Of a DNA stretch of 37,482 nt, positions 10,407 to 20,215 are shown in pieces; within the stretch, counting starts at the first letter, position 1; each line of letters opens with the position of its first letter. Location of the stretch: IMG/VR virus record IMGVR_UViG_2565956717_000009, positions 1-37,482 of that record, one strand, 5' to 3'. The translations under genes and the position numbers were made by a program. The notes below the pieces were generated by a model. The model was not told the DNA's origin and did no database searches. It was given only the letters and a program-made list of their open reading frames with translations. The stretch is from a virus (lineage: Duplodnaviria; Heunggongvirae; Uroviricota; Caudoviricetes).

Positions 10407-11825
10407 TTATGTTACACGAATAGAAAGGCCTGATAATGTAACAGGACCTTTTGCAATAACTCTGAATTTAAATCCAATGAGGCGTCTAACTCGACCAACT
10501 TTTCGCCATAAAACGCGATTGTCATATACAAATGGTTTTTGTAATACGACCATTTGCTCACGACCGTAACTAATTCCATCTGTAGTGGCTGATATAAATA
10601 TTTTATCTATTCTATCACACACGCCGCCCGATGTTTCTAATTCAAGGTCATTTATTAAAGCGTTATCTGCCTTTATTAAAGGAGAATATAAAATATGTTC
10701 CTGCTGCTTGTCGTACTGGCTGCTGATATCGAACTGCAATTTCCCGGTCACCGATTCCAGCTTATCGCCGCACGTTATCTGATTGCCTTCGTAAATGAAG
10801 TCGATAGCGCGGTACACATCGTCATACAGGCCTGTTTTCAGCACACACCATTGCGGACCATTGGCGCTTGAAGATGCGTCGTACACGAGAACATGGCGCG
10901 GAAGGTGGATAATCAGCAACTCATGAGCATCAAATCGCAGCGATTCCATCACACCATCAGCCAGTTCATCAGCAGTGTAGGAGCGGAGGATTTTCTCAAT
11001 GCTCGCGCTGGCGATTGGTGACACCTGACCGGAACCGATGATGTACACAGACGGCGCACCTGTTGCCGGATTGCTGATGAACGCATACGAATCAGCAAAC
11101 GGCGTTTTGCAGTAAGTCCCGGCAATGCCTTTCTGCACCATCAGCGATGGCTGTGCGACATACAAAGCAGCACCAACTGTGGTTGCACCAGTCAGGGAGA
11201 AATATTCAATCGTCGATGAGCCAAAGCAGACGATGAAGTCTCGCCATGTTCCGATGCCGATGATGCCGTCAGGCTGTGATTCTGCCCGATATTGTGCGCT
11301 GTAGCGGTCAGGATGCGATTCGTCTTCAAGATCAGTGATAAACCATGAATCAGTACCGTCTTTTGACCACGCATAACGCCCACGTAAGCGAGTAATGTCA
11401 CGAACCGAACCTAATTCATACTGCGTAAATCCGCTGTCTGCAGGCCAGTTTGAGACGGTTTTAACCGTGCCATCATAGCGATACTCGAAAAGTTGACCAT
11501 TAACGCCTACCGCCTGTGATGTCCGACCATGCGCCATTGATACGCGACCACTTCCGGCAACATCACCGACTTCACTTTCTCCTTTGTACAGCTTGCCACC
11601 ACACACGCGATAAACAGCATTCTGCGCCATGTTGTACTCGACGCCTCGAGATACACCGTTCACATCAGAACGTTTTGCAATGCCCGGGAATGAGCGAAGA
11701 TATCCGCTGCTGTTAAGGATTTCTTTGGGTGTAGCCAACATATTTACTGGCAGATAGTCGATATAGTCGGCGTTTCGAAAGTCTTTGCCGACACCTTTCA
11801 TAAGCGGAAGTTGCTGAATCGGCAT
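10407..11825 (-). CDS. Tail accessory/hub protein, P22 gp10-like
   Basis: 472 aa, same length as recalled P22 gp10; conserved position. Confidence 0.75.
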   Translation of the reverse strand: MPIQQLPLMKGVGKDFRNADYIDYLPVNMLATPKEILNSSGYLRSFPGIAKRSDVNGVSRGVEYNMAQNAVYRVCGGKLYKGESEVGDVAGSGRVSMAHGRTSQAVGVNGQLFEYRYDGTVKTVSNWPADSGFTQYELGSVRDITRLRGRYAWSKDGTDSWFITDLEDESHPDRYSAQYRAESQPDGIIGIGTWRDFIVCFGSSTIEYFSLTGATTVGAALYVAQPSLMVQKGIAGTYCKTPFADSYAFISNPATGAPSVYIIGSGQVSPIASASIEKILRSYTADELADGVMESLRFDAHELLIIHLPRHVLVYDASSSANGPQWCVLKTGLYDDVYRAIDFIYEGNQITCGDKLESVTGKLQFDISSQYDKQQEHILYSPLIKADNALINDLELETSGGVCDRIDKIFISATTDGISYGREQMVVLQKPFVYDNRVLWRKVGRVRRLIGFKFRVIAKGPVTLSGLSIRVT

Positions 11826-11834
11826 TTATTCACC

Positions 11835-12296
11835 TCACGTACTCGGATCATCTTTCTCGATGTAAAACCGATTCCACGTAAACGCGCTTTTGTTACCACT
11901 ACCGCGAGGCATGTCATTTCGTCGCTCAAGTGGTGGTATTTTGGTTAAAGCGATACAGATTGTCTGATATGCACTGTCAGCAGCGGTAAGGAGAGCGTCT
12001 GACGGCTGAATGACGTTATCCATGCACACTTGCACAGCGAGTTTCAAAGCGACGCCATCATTTGCCCATGCAGGGATACCTGAATCATCGTCAGGTAACG
12101 GCATGATGCCGTTTTCTGTATCAGCAAACTGATACCCAAGCTCGATACCTTTAGCCTGCCATGCTGCCATCATGTCTTCGAGGTCATTAATGGCATCTTC
12201 AATTGCCTGAGGGTCAGCATCTGTCAACGTGGCATTGGAATACAGCCCGGCTTTTCGTAAAGCCTTAAGAACGAGATCACCCTTCGTTTTCGCCAT
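11835..12296 (-). CDS. Tail accessory protein, P22 gp4-like
   Basis: MAKTKGDLVLKALRKAGLYSNATLTDADPQAIEDAINDLEDMMAAW resembles recalled gp4 N-terminus. Confidence 0.75.
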   Translation of the reverse strand: MAKTKGDLVLKALRKAGLYSNATLTDADPQAIEDAINDLEDMMAAWQAKGIELGYQFADTENGIMPLPDDDSGIPAWANDGVALKLAVQVCMDNVIQPSDALLTAADSAYQTICIALTKIPPLERRNDMPRGSGNKSAFTWNRFYIEKDDPST

Positions 12297-12465
12297 CTTC
12301 TTCCGCCTTAGCCACTTTTTGCTTCGTTGCGGTTTCTTCAGGAGTTTTTACCCAGCCTTTTTTCAGGTGAGATTTAACTTCTTCGTCATCAACAATGATG
12401 TAATCGACAGCAAACTGACCACAGGTGATCATGTTGCCAGGCTTATAGAGCATTGTTCGTGCCAT
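12277..12465 (-). CDS. Small hypothetical protein with acidic C-terminal tail
   Basis: 62 aa from ATG 12465 with GGGAG RBS at 6-nt spacing, just after the coat terminator; overlaps gp4 start by 20 nt. Confidence 0.35.
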   Translation of the reverse strand: MARTMLYKPGNMITCGQFAVDYIIVDDEEVKSHLKKGWVKTPEETATKQKVAKAEEDGENEG

Positions 12466-12476
12466 TGTCTTCTCCC

Positions 12477-12500
12477 AATAAAAATGGGGCCGAAGCCCCA
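12477..12500 (-). terminator. Hairpin + T-run immediately downstream of the coat gene (partial terminator)
   Basis: On the minus strand TGGGGC-TTCG-GCCCCA followed by TTTTTATT, starting 7 nt after the coat stop. Confidence 0.5.
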
Positions 12501-12506
12501 CCAAAA

Positions 12507-13760
12507 TTACTGCCCGGCAATAACGATGCCCGTATATTCAGGAACCAGTACAGAGCAACCGTACAGAGTGGTGAAACGTGCAGTGGTTACGCCTTTGATG
12601 TGGTCGAAGGCGTAAGACATGATCAGCGTAGCGCCCTGCTCGGTGGTTGCTGTCATTACCTGTGGCCCCTGACCAGTCGGGAATGCCAGTTTGCCGTACA
12701 TCAGTTCAACAGAACCATCAGCCCAGAACAGGTTAGCCGGTGCGGCATTTTTGTTGAGAATGGTAATTGCTGCACCATTTGCCGCGTTAGCATCAACGTT
12801 TGCATATGGACGGCTGGCGACATCCGCGTTGTCAGGCGGCAAAATTTTCGGGGAGATAGTTACTGTCGTTCCGCTAACTGCCAGAACGCGGAATACCTGC
12901 GGCTGCCCGGTGGTGTCTTTGGTGATCTGGTGTACAGAATTCACCCCTGCAATGGTAAATGCATCGCCAACCTGCAAACCAGATGCAGATACCGTAATGG
13001 TCCCCTGTCGGTTATCCACTGGCATATCGTTGGCGTCTTTCGCTTCAACCTTGTGCGCAGGTTCGGCCGCCAGCGTAATGGAAGTCGCAGTCCCTTTCGG
13101 AACACGACCAGAAATATCGGTCTTGTAGCTATCAAAGGAAGCAATCGGAGGGATCTGCGCTTTTTCGTATGCTGTCAGGGTTGCGCCCTGAGCGTAGGCA
13201 CGGTGACCAAGCTCGCCAGCAAGGTCTTTGTAGTTGAAGGGGTTCCAGAAAGAGCGACGGTTGATACCCTGCGGTACACCAATCGCCGTCATGGTGGCAT
13301 CAATACCTGCCGCACAGTTCCACAAATCACGGCCCTGTGAACCAGTGGTTGAGTCAGCCATTGTGATCACGTTAGTAGCACGCTGCGTGACCATGGAAAT
13401 CAGGTCAGAGTCAATCTGTGCAGCAAGGCGCATACCTGCGGCGCGACCAGCTTCAGTTTTATGTTCCGGGTCACGCATTTCACGCGCATCCAGAGTGTAC
13501 AGAATGTTTTTAGGCTCCTTGAACACAGAAGGAACAAGGCGCTGAACCAGTGCTGTTGGCGTTTTGCTGCTGAGGTCGAGGCCTTCCTCAATGTTCATGT
13601 GGTAATGCTGCGGACGATACAGAACATCACCTGCTCGCTGCATTGCTGTATCACCGGGACGGAATTTTTTAGCGTTACGGGAAACTACGCAGGCGGCCTC
13701 AAAGCCTTCAACGTAGTTTTCGAACATGATTTCAAGGTCTTTTGCTAATTGGTTAGCCAT
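12507..13760 (-). CDS. Major coat protein (P22-like HK97-fold)
   Basis: 417 aa between scaffold and gp4; P22 gene order. Confidence 0.85.
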   Translation of the reverse strand: MANQLAKDLEIMFENYVEGFEAACVVSRNAKKFRPGDTAMQRAGDVLYRPQHYHMNIEEGLDLSSKTPTALVQRLVPSVFKEPKNILYTLDAREMRDPEHKTEAGRAAGMRLAAQIDSDLISMVTQRATNVITMADSTTGSQGRDLWNCAAGIDATMTAIGVPQGINRRSFWNPFNYKDLAGELGHRAYAQGATLTAYEKAQIPPIASFDSYKTDISGRVPKGTATSITLAAEPAHKVEAKDANDMPVDNRQGTITVSASGLQVGDAFTIAGVNSVHQITKDTTGQPQVFRVLAVSGTTVTISPKILPPDNADVASRPYANVDANAANGAAITILNKNAAPANLFWADGSVELMYGKLAFPTGQGPQVMTATTEQGATLIMSYAFDHIKGVTTARFTTLYGCSVLVPEYTGIVIAGQ

Positions 13761-13778
13761 GCTTAATGCTCCGATAGG

Positions 13779-14672
13779 TTATTTTTTTGCCTTTTTAGCG
13801 GCGAAATACGGCGTCCAGTCACCAGTTTCCAGCGCCTTGGCTTTCAATTTGTCGAGGTTGTTGATAACTGCGCCGTTGCTCCCCTTAACTGTCGGGGTTG
13901 TGGCTGCCGTGGTTTTTGCTTTTGGCATGATTCTGGCCTTCGATTCGATACGTTCCAGCAGACGACCAATTGCTACGGGGTTGGTAGCTTCTGCCAGTTG
14001 CTTGCGCAGTTCAGCGTTGCGACCGAGTGCCAGAACAACGATTTCCGGCTTCTCTGACTCAAACAGGATCGCGTTTTGTGTCTCGATGGGGATTTCCTCG
14101 AGTACGGCCTGTTCTGCTTCCTGATAGCCAGGAACCTTGAGAGCCTTAACACGTTGCTGATATTTGGATAATCGCTCTTGATAGGCAGCCTGAAGCTCCT
14201 GCTCCTTCTGCTTGCGAGCTATCTCCTGTTGCTGGTACTTGCCGTTATCCTCTGCCCACTTAGCCATGCGTTGCTGATAGATTTCTTCATCGAAACCGAT
14301 GTCCTCATCATCCAGTTTTGGCATTCGCGGTGGTTGAGTGATTACCGGCTGCTGCTCGACGGGTTTCTGAGACTGACGCATCAGCTCTTTCAGCTCGCGG
14401 TCTTTCTCTTTAATCGTCTTGCGCAGGTGTTTTACCAGTCCATGCTCTGCGCTATCTTCGCTGGTTGGCGAATCCAGCTTTTCGTCACCAAAGTAGAATT
14501 CCTGTTCTGATTCGTCGTCATCAGTGTCAGTAGCTTCCTCTGCATCATTTCCTGAGGACTCACTGCCATCTGCTGTTTCGACTTCTTCAGCCAGTTCGAC
14601 ATCATCAGGAATCTGCTCTGACGCGTCGGTTTCGATTTCAACTTCTGGTGTGTTTTCTGCCATCTGGTCCAT
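13779..14672 (-). CDS. Scaffolding protein
   Basis: 297 aa, highly acidic N-terminus, helical Lys/Glu-rich C-terminus; between portal and coat. Confidence 0.75.
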   Translation of the reverse strand: MDQMAENTPEVEIETDASEQIPDDVELAEEVETADGSESSGNDAEEATDTDDDESEQEFYFGDEKLDSPTSEDSAEHGLVKHLRKTIKEKDRELKELMRQSQKPVEQQPVITQPPRMPKLDDEDIGFDEEIYQQRMAKWAEDNGKYQQQEIARKQKEQELQAAYQERLSKYQQRVKALKVPGYQEAEQAVLEEIPIETQNAILFESEKPEIVVLALGRNAELRKQLAEATNPVAIGRLLERIESKARIMPKAKTTAATTPTVKGSNGAVINNLDKLKAKALETGDWTPYFAAKKAKK

Positions 14673-14762
14673 TTGTTACCCCTGTTTACTCGATGTTCAG
14701 CCCATCGGAAGGCAATAGGGTGCCAGGCCTCATAAAGACAGCCATTGCACGTTATGGGTTAA

Positions 14763-16961
14763 TTACTGCTGTGGTTGTTGCTGAGTTGATTTTTGTAGGA
14801 TGCTGCTGATGTCCATGCGCTGCGCATGACCCTGTGCCTGACTTTTCAGGACAAGCTCTGCATCAGCACGGGCATTGTCTCCTTGCTGTTGCTGGAACTG
14901 TCCGAGCAGTTTCAGAGCCTCGCGGATATCAGATTTCTGCTGACTATCGGCAGATGCGAGGATTTTCACAACATTTGCCGCAGCAACCTGAGCATCAGTC
15001 TGTGCCTGGAATGCTTTAACCTGAATGGCTGCCTGTTCGTTCTGCGCTTTCTGCAATTCAGCCTGACCAGCAAGAAGCTGACCTTGCGCTGCAACCATAG
15101 CCGGATCTGGCTGACTGGCCTGTTGTTGTTTCGCCTGCTCAACCATCTGCTGCTCTTCTGGCGTTCTCGGCTTGATAACTCCAGACAGAAGCAACTGATT
15201 GCGGTTGTATTCTTTAAGGTCATCCATCCCTTCGCCGTCCATATTGTCGAGAATCATCGACGATACAAGGTCGTGCTTCGGCGTTCCTGGTGGGATAAGT
15301 GCCAGCATGGAAAGTAACGACTTAACCGTTGCATCACGGCGAGTAGCGAACGACTGACCGACATCGACAGTCACTTCATAGTTACCCTGCGAAAGGTCGT
15401 TAAGCGCGATAACCTGCCCTGTCTGACGGTCAACCACTTCACCAGTCATCAGCGCCACGTCATCGCTGCCGTCCTCATTAACAATGCGCATTGGCGTATC
15501 GCTGCCATAGACTTCACGAGCCATAGAAAGCCACACGACGCCAGCGCGGCGCATGGATTTAGCCATGTTGTCCATGTAGATATAGGACTGCGTGTCCATC
15601 CGGTTAAAGATGCTATCAACGGTATCGGTAGCGACGTTGCTCGGCATATTCTCAAGCTGCGACGCACCTGTAATTTGCTGAATAGCCGTTCCGGTGTACT
15701 GCAATAGCCCGGCAAGAGCAGGAGGCATTTGTGTCGGAGGTGTATAACTGCTGACCTGAGCCTGCGCAGTAATATCTCCGTTTTTGTTTTTCAGACTTAC
15801 CATCGGCAGGAACGCCGGGCGCTTTTTGTTGCGCTCCGCCCAATGATTGGCGAGAGGACCAGGAATCATGTCAACATCAACTACAGGAATGCCATCACCG
15901 CCAGCCTGAGTAGCGTTATCTGCAATCATGGAAACCATCAGGTTCTCAAGACGCTGTGCATCCATCGCTTTTGCTGCGTGGCCTTCGATTCGCTCCTGAT
16001 TATCAACAAATGAGCGACGCCCATATACCGGGATGAGTGGAATATGTTCTCCCGGAATACGCTTTGGTTCTTCCAGCCATTCAGCGCCAGACAGAAGGCC
16101 GCAATAAACGCGGCGTTTCTTCACCGTTCGCTCACCAATCAGTTCGAATGCGCCATCGGTTAGCTCGTCGACAACATCTTTGATTTGCTCTTCATCATAG
16201 ATTGCCGTTTCTCCGCTAACAGGGTTGCGCCACGCCGTGAGCTTCACCTTCTCTATGCGAACTTCGTAGTAGCGTCCAACATAGATGGCATCGGGCGTTG
16301 ACCAGTCATATTGAGTGCCAGTGTCATCACGAGAAAGGCTTGCCGCGATGGAATCAGGGTATTCAGCCTCGAACGCTTTAGGCGTCATGGAGAACATTTC
16401 CATAGCCCACATAGCATCAGAGCGGTCATATTGCTTGCTGTCCTGATCGAAGAAGACGCATGTCGCTGGGTCGTAAACAGGAAGAAGGCTGATGCGTCGC
16501 TGCTCGTTACTCGGATCCATTTCATCTTCGTAATCAGCACACATGCGGAAACAACCGAATCCGCCCGTTACAGCATCATCAAATGCGTTATCACACGCTT
16601 CGCCACCGGATGTTTCCTGATAATCAGCGCGGAATTTGCCGTTCATCTTTTCGGCTAACGCTTCCGATGCCTTGTCATCCTTCGGCCTGAATTTAACGCT
16701 GATGCGATTCTGCCGATACTCGCCAATGATGCGATCACATTCACGGGAAATCTTATTCAGTTCAAAACGCGGATAATGCTCAAACCTGCCTTCATCAAAT
16801 GAGTAACCAGCGTTTGTGCTGCCTTCCCACTGTGCGCCGGACACCCGGACGAAACGTTGAGCCTCAATAATCTGCTCACGCATATCCTGCGTTGCTGACC
16901 AGGCATTATCAAAGTTGCACAGCACCTTGCGATGCCAGTCAGTCATCTTTTTTTCTGCCAT
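14763..16961 (-). CDS. Portal protein
   Basis: 732 aa (recalled P22 gp1 about 725 aa) with long C-terminal Gln/Ala-rich helical barrel; downstream of TerL. Confidence 0.9.
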   Translation of the reverse strand: MAEKKMTDWHRKVLCNFDNAWSATQDMREQIIEAQRFVRVSGAQWEGSTNAGYSFDEGRFEHYPRFELNKISRECDRIIGEYRQNRISVKFRPKDDKASEALAEKMNGKFRADYQETSGGEACDNAFDDAVTGGFGCFRMCADYEDEMDPSNEQRRISLLPVYDPATCVFFDQDSKQYDRSDAMWAMEMFSMTPKAFEAEYPDSIAASLSRDDTGTQYDWSTPDAIYVGRYYEVRIEKVKLTAWRNPVSGETAIYDEEQIKDVVDELTDGAFELIGERTVKKRRVYCGLLSGAEWLEEPKRIPGEHIPLIPVYGRRSFVDNQERIEGHAAKAMDAQRLENLMVSMIADNATQAGGDGIPVVDVDMIPGPLANHWAERNKKRPAFLPMVSLKNKNGDITAQAQVSSYTPPTQMPPALAGLLQYTGTAIQQITGASQLENMPSNVATDTVDSIFNRMDTQSYIYMDNMAKSMRRAGVVWLSMAREVYGSDTPMRIVNEDGSDDVALMTGEVVDRQTGQVIALNDLSQGNYEVTVDVGQSFATRRDATVKSLLSMLALIPPGTPKHDLVSSMILDNMDGEGMDDLKEYNRNQLLLSGVIKPRTPEEQQMVEQAKQQQASQPDPAMVAAQGQLLAGQAELQKAQNEQAAIQVKAFQAQTDAQVAAANVVKILASADSQQKSDIREALKLLGQFQQQQGDNARADAELVLKSQAQGHAQRMDISSILQKSTQQQPQQ

Positions 16962-16962
16962 A

Positions 16963-18378
16963 TCAACCTACACCACAAGGAATTGAGTAACTGGAATAGT
17001 CGGGTTGCGCAGCCGACTCCGGGCAATGCATACACATCATCAGCGCATCAGCCAGGTTAGGAGATGGAATACCGAGCTTCTGCTTCATTTCGACCTTAGT
17101 CATAAGCTCCAGCTTCCCGTTATTATTGAATTTGCGCTGAATCTGCGTCAGTTCTGCAAACAGCTTCTCCAGCATCTTCTCGCCTATCGCTTCTTTGTCG
17201 AAACTCAGCATGTCGTCGGGGTCTGCATACTCACCGTGGACAACCGCCCGATATGTCAGATACAGCCTGTCAGCCAGCGCGTAATAGAATTGCGCTCGCT
17301 TATTGCGGAATACATCGCCAATAGTGCGAACGTTGTCGCCCTGCACGACTTCATCAGCCCATGCTCCGGCCTGATATGGTGCATCTTCATCAAATGGCGA
17401 TTCGCTGCCCTTGAACATCGTAGCGGTGATTTTCTTACCGGAGAATGCTTCCGTTGTCTGTCTGCGTAGCCCTGCACCAACGCCATCGCCATCCCACAAG
17501 TAGTGGTCAGCGCCGTCTTCAATCGCCAGCGAAGTTGCCCAGTCAGCACCTTCATTGATGTCCATCAGCAGACCTTCGGCAATGCGCTTAACTACCGAAC
17601 CGTGGCGCGATGCATAACCTTTAGCATCCGGTCCTGTATCTGACGGGTCATGCGCAGAGACAACAGCGCCTTTCGCTTTCCATCCGAGTTTCTTGTGCGC
17701 ATCGGTTGCGGCTTCAAGCCATTCACGTTTGATGATTGCCATATCACTTGCGCTTACTGGCTCACCAAGCCAGATGTGACGATACAGTGTCGGATTTCTG
17801 CGTTTGCACTCTTCCATCTCCAGACGGAGAACTTCAGGAAAGTGCGGGTTGTCGGTGTAGTTCACCGTCAGCAGGCAAATATCATCGGGAGGATTTACGA
17901 CGAATCGCTGATAGGTATCGTCGAGGATGTTCTTCGGGTTAAAGCTCACCCATATTTCAGAGAACGGCTTACGGATGGTTGGGATCAGGATATCCCATGA
18001 TTCCTTCGTTACCGCTTCCGCTTCTTCCACCCAGCAGATATCAATGCCTTCGAGCGATTTAATCTTCGTCGGGTTGTTTTTTATGCCGTAGAACATGAAT
18101 TCAGCATTCGTTCCGAGATGACGAATCATTGAACGCTGAATTTCAAACTCAGCCGAATATCCTTCACGCTCGATGGTGTCTTCAAGCAGCCGGATTACCG
18201 AATCGCTGATACTGTTTTGCAGTTCACGAGCGCAGAGAATACGCACAGGCTGCCGACGCGCCGCTTCAACAAGCAGTCTCGCAATTGCCCATGATTTACC
18301 GCTACCTCGACCGCCTTTGGCGACTTTGTAGCGATGCGCCTCAATGAACGGTTCAAAGATAGGATTAATCGAGGTCAT
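16963..18378 (-). CDS. Terminase large subunit
   Basis: 471 aa; N-terminal P-loop KGGRGSGKS; overlaps TerS stop. Confidence 0.9.
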   Translation of the reverse strand: MTSINPIFEPFIEAHRYKVAKGGRGSGKSWAIARLLVEAARRQPVRILCARELQNSISDSVIRLLEDTIEREGYSAEFEIQRSMIRHLGTNAEFMFYGIKNNPTKIKSLEGIDICWVEEAEAVTKESWDILIPTIRKPFSEIWVSFNPKNILDDTYQRFVVNPPDDICLLTVNYTDNPHFPEVLRLEMEECKRRNPTLYRHIWLGEPVSASDMAIIKREWLEAATDAHKKLGWKAKGAVVSAHDPSDTGPDAKGYASRHGSVVKRIAEGLLMDINEGADWATSLAIEDGADHYLWDGDGVGAGLRRQTTEAFSGKKITATMFKGSESPFDEDAPYQAGAWADEVVQGDNVRTIGDVFRNKRAQFYYALADRLYLTYRAVVHGEYADPDDMLSFDKEAIGEKMLEKLFAELTQIQRKFNNNGKLELMTKVEMKQKLGIPSPNLADALMMCMHCPESAAQPDYSSYSIPCGVG

Positions 18379-18902
18379 TTTCCGAATAGAGTGCTCATCG
18401 GTGATGTTTCAATCTGGATTGCGCCGCCGTCTTTGCCTGTTAGTTCGTGAGAAGCTTGTTCTTTAAACGCCTGAACAGAAACATGCTTACCAAGAAGTTC
18501 GAGGTTTTTAACCTTATCAGGCCATTTGATTTTCTTCAGGAGTGCGGCGCTATCTGCGGATGCCATCTCCACGACATCCATTCCTGATAACGTTGTGCGC
18601 CATACCTTAGGCCAGTCTTTAATGGGTTTTAGCTCACCGTTTTGCAGGAGAATGTCAAGCACATCCATCTGGTCGATTTCAATAAGGCGATTAAGTACAT
18701 ATTCTGCATTAATACCAACAAGATCATTGCGTTGTGCTTTCAGTTCGGCGATTCTGAGTTGTATGTCAGGTTTTGACATGTTTTCGGACGCAGTACGGTT
18801 GGCTGTTTTTGCGCTGTACCCCGCCCGAATAGCCGCTTGCGTGGCGTTTAAATCGATGAGGTACTCGCGACAGAACATTTCTTGCTTGTCGGTGAGTGCC
18901 AT
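18375..18902 (-). CDS. Terminase small subunit
   Basis: 175 aa; LTDKQEMFCREYLIDLNATQAAIRAGYS typical of phage TerS. Confidence 0.85.
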   Translation of the reverse strand: MALTDKQEMFCREYLIDLNATQAAIRAGYSAKTANRTASENMSKPDIQLRIAELKAQRNDLVGINAEYVLNRLIEIDQMDVLDILLQNGELKPIKDWPKVWRTTLSGMDVVEMASADSAALLKKIKWPDKVKNLELLGKHVSVQAFKEQASHELTGKDGGAIQIETSPMSTLFGK

Positions 18903-18926
18903 TTAATTACCTTTGGGAGATGCCCA

Positions 18927-19460
18927 ATGAGTTTAGAAAAATTACTAATCAAAAACAGAAAGTGCGGTTCATGCTCTGTGTGCTGCACTTCGCTACGAAT
19001 TGAACAGCCAACGTTAAAAAAGTTGGCTGACATCCCATGCCAGCACCTTAAACATCAGGGAGGATGTGCAATTTATGATGAACGCCCTTCTGTTTGCCGC
19101 ACTTGGTATTGCGGATGGCGAATTCTGGATATAGGACCAGAGATGCGTCCTGATCGGAGTGGAGTTCTAATCCGTTATGATGGATCATCACTCTGCTTTC
19201 AACCCGTAGACAAAAACCGCGTATCTGCTTTGATCGAACCAGAGCCTCTGCGAATTTTGGGTGGCCTGATAGATCAAGGTATGAAAGTGGAAATATCGGT
19301 TCCAACAAAGGAAGGGTATTGCTCAGCCAATATTAATGTCACTGAGCATATGTCAGAGGTTGTAAAAAGCAGAGAGTATGTAAAAATGCGTTCGGCTCTT
19401 TTGGCGCTCATTCAATTCGCATCACGAGCAAAGACAGATCCAGTAGAACCGCTGGAATGA
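18927..19460 (+). CDS. YkgJ/UPF0153-family Cys-cluster protein (CxxCxxCC putative Zn/Fe-chelating domain)
   Basis: 177 aa from ATG 18927 with GGGAGA RBS at 6-nt spacing; KCGSCSVCC ... IPCQHL ... GGCAIYDERPSVCRTWYC matches the recalled PF03692 signature; opposite strand to the late operon. Confidence 0.7.
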   Translation: MSLEKLLIKNRKCGSCSVCCTSLRIEQPTLKKLADIPCQHLKHQGGCAIYDERPSVCRTWYCGWRILDIGPEMRPDRSGVLIRYDGSSLCFQPVDKNRVSALIEPEPLRILGGLIDQGMKVEISVPTKEGYCSANINVTEHMSEVVKSREYVKMRSALLALIQFASRAKTDPVEPLE

Positions 19461-19470
19461 TTATTCAGGT

Positions 19471-19492
19471 CGGGTTTAACACCCGGCTTTTT
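19471..19492 (+). terminator. Rho-independent terminator after the YkgJ-like gene
   Basis: cgggt-ttaac-acccg followed by gcttttt, 11 nt after the stop codon. Confidence 0.55.
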
Positions 19493-19735
19493 GAAATGGT
19501 ACTCATTGCATCGCTTAATTTTCTTTAAATGAGAAACGTCCTCTTTCTTAACTGAAGACATTAATTCTTTATCAGTTCGAACATTCATTTTTTTCCATTG
19601 CATGATCTTCGCTAATTTATAATTTGCAGTTCTCCTGCAACGATTTGTTATGTGATAGGATATCTCTCTTCGTTTGGCGGTCCATTACTTCAATATCGTG
19701 ATCATTAAGGTATAGGCTTTGTAATGCCTACATGG

Positions 19736-20215
19736 TTAAATGATTTGCCAGTCTTCAGCCATCAGGTCGCCAATGGATGGAGCCCATGTAGCAAGGCGGT
19801 TCTGTGAGTTTTTCAATACAAGCGTGTCATTGAAAGTTGGCTCGCCAACATATTCGCCAAAGCCATAACCCAACGCAGACGCTAATTTTTCTCCTTTCAC
19901 GAGATAAACAAACTGATCTTTCCCATTCCATCCTGCCCGCTGCAAACTTTTGCCCTGTTTTAACGCTTCCATGGCAAGGCCGAAACTTAGCCCTGATACC
20001 GGACGATAAGCCTTTTCGAATACTTCTTTTGGACTCCAGCTAACGTAGCCATCAAAGCGATCGGTGTTAGGTTTTCCGCCATCCAGATATTCAACCAGAT
20101 AGCCTTCGTCCTCGCCGTTTTCTCCGGCAGGAAGCTGCCAGCCACGAAAATCGTTATATGCCTGTCTCGTCATCGGAAAGGCGTTAATCAGTTTTACGCC
20201 AATATGCTGGGTCAT
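19736..20215 (-). CDS. DUF2829-like protein (Tad2-family candidate); in-frame upstream extension to 20338 possible
   Basis: C-terminal half contains AMEALKQGKSLQRAGWNGKDQFVYLV, matching the recalled DUF2829 signature; ATG at 20215 chosen over 20338 because the N-terminal 41 aa look non-protein-like. Confidence 0.5.
   Translation of the reverse strand: MTQHIGVKLINAFPMTRQAYNDFRGWQLPAGENGEDEGYLVEYLDGGKPNTDRFDGYVSWSPKEVFEKAYRPVSGLSFGLAMEALKQGKSLQRAGWNGKDQFVYLVKGEKLASALGYGFGEYVGEPTFNDTLVLKNSQNRLATWAPSIGDLMAEDWQII

Noticed and set aside
12453-13340. 295-aa plus-strand ORF (with 12691..13128 and 13234..13545) antisense to the coat gene
   Set aside because: Lies wholly inside the well-supported coat CDS on the other strand, with no RBS and low-complexity composition; a shadow ORF.
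14826-15317. Plus-strand ORFs (14826..15317, 15729..16013, 16311..16658, 17005..17469, 17650..18000) inside portal and terminase genes
   Set aside because: Antisense shadow ORFs within genes strongly supported on the minus strand; no independent start signals.
19412-19603. 63-aa Lys-rich minus-strand ORF overlapping the 3' end of the YkgJ-like gene
   Set aside because: No RBS, and 49-nt convergent overlap with a better-supported gene; probably non-coding, though a small late-operon peptide cannot be excluded.
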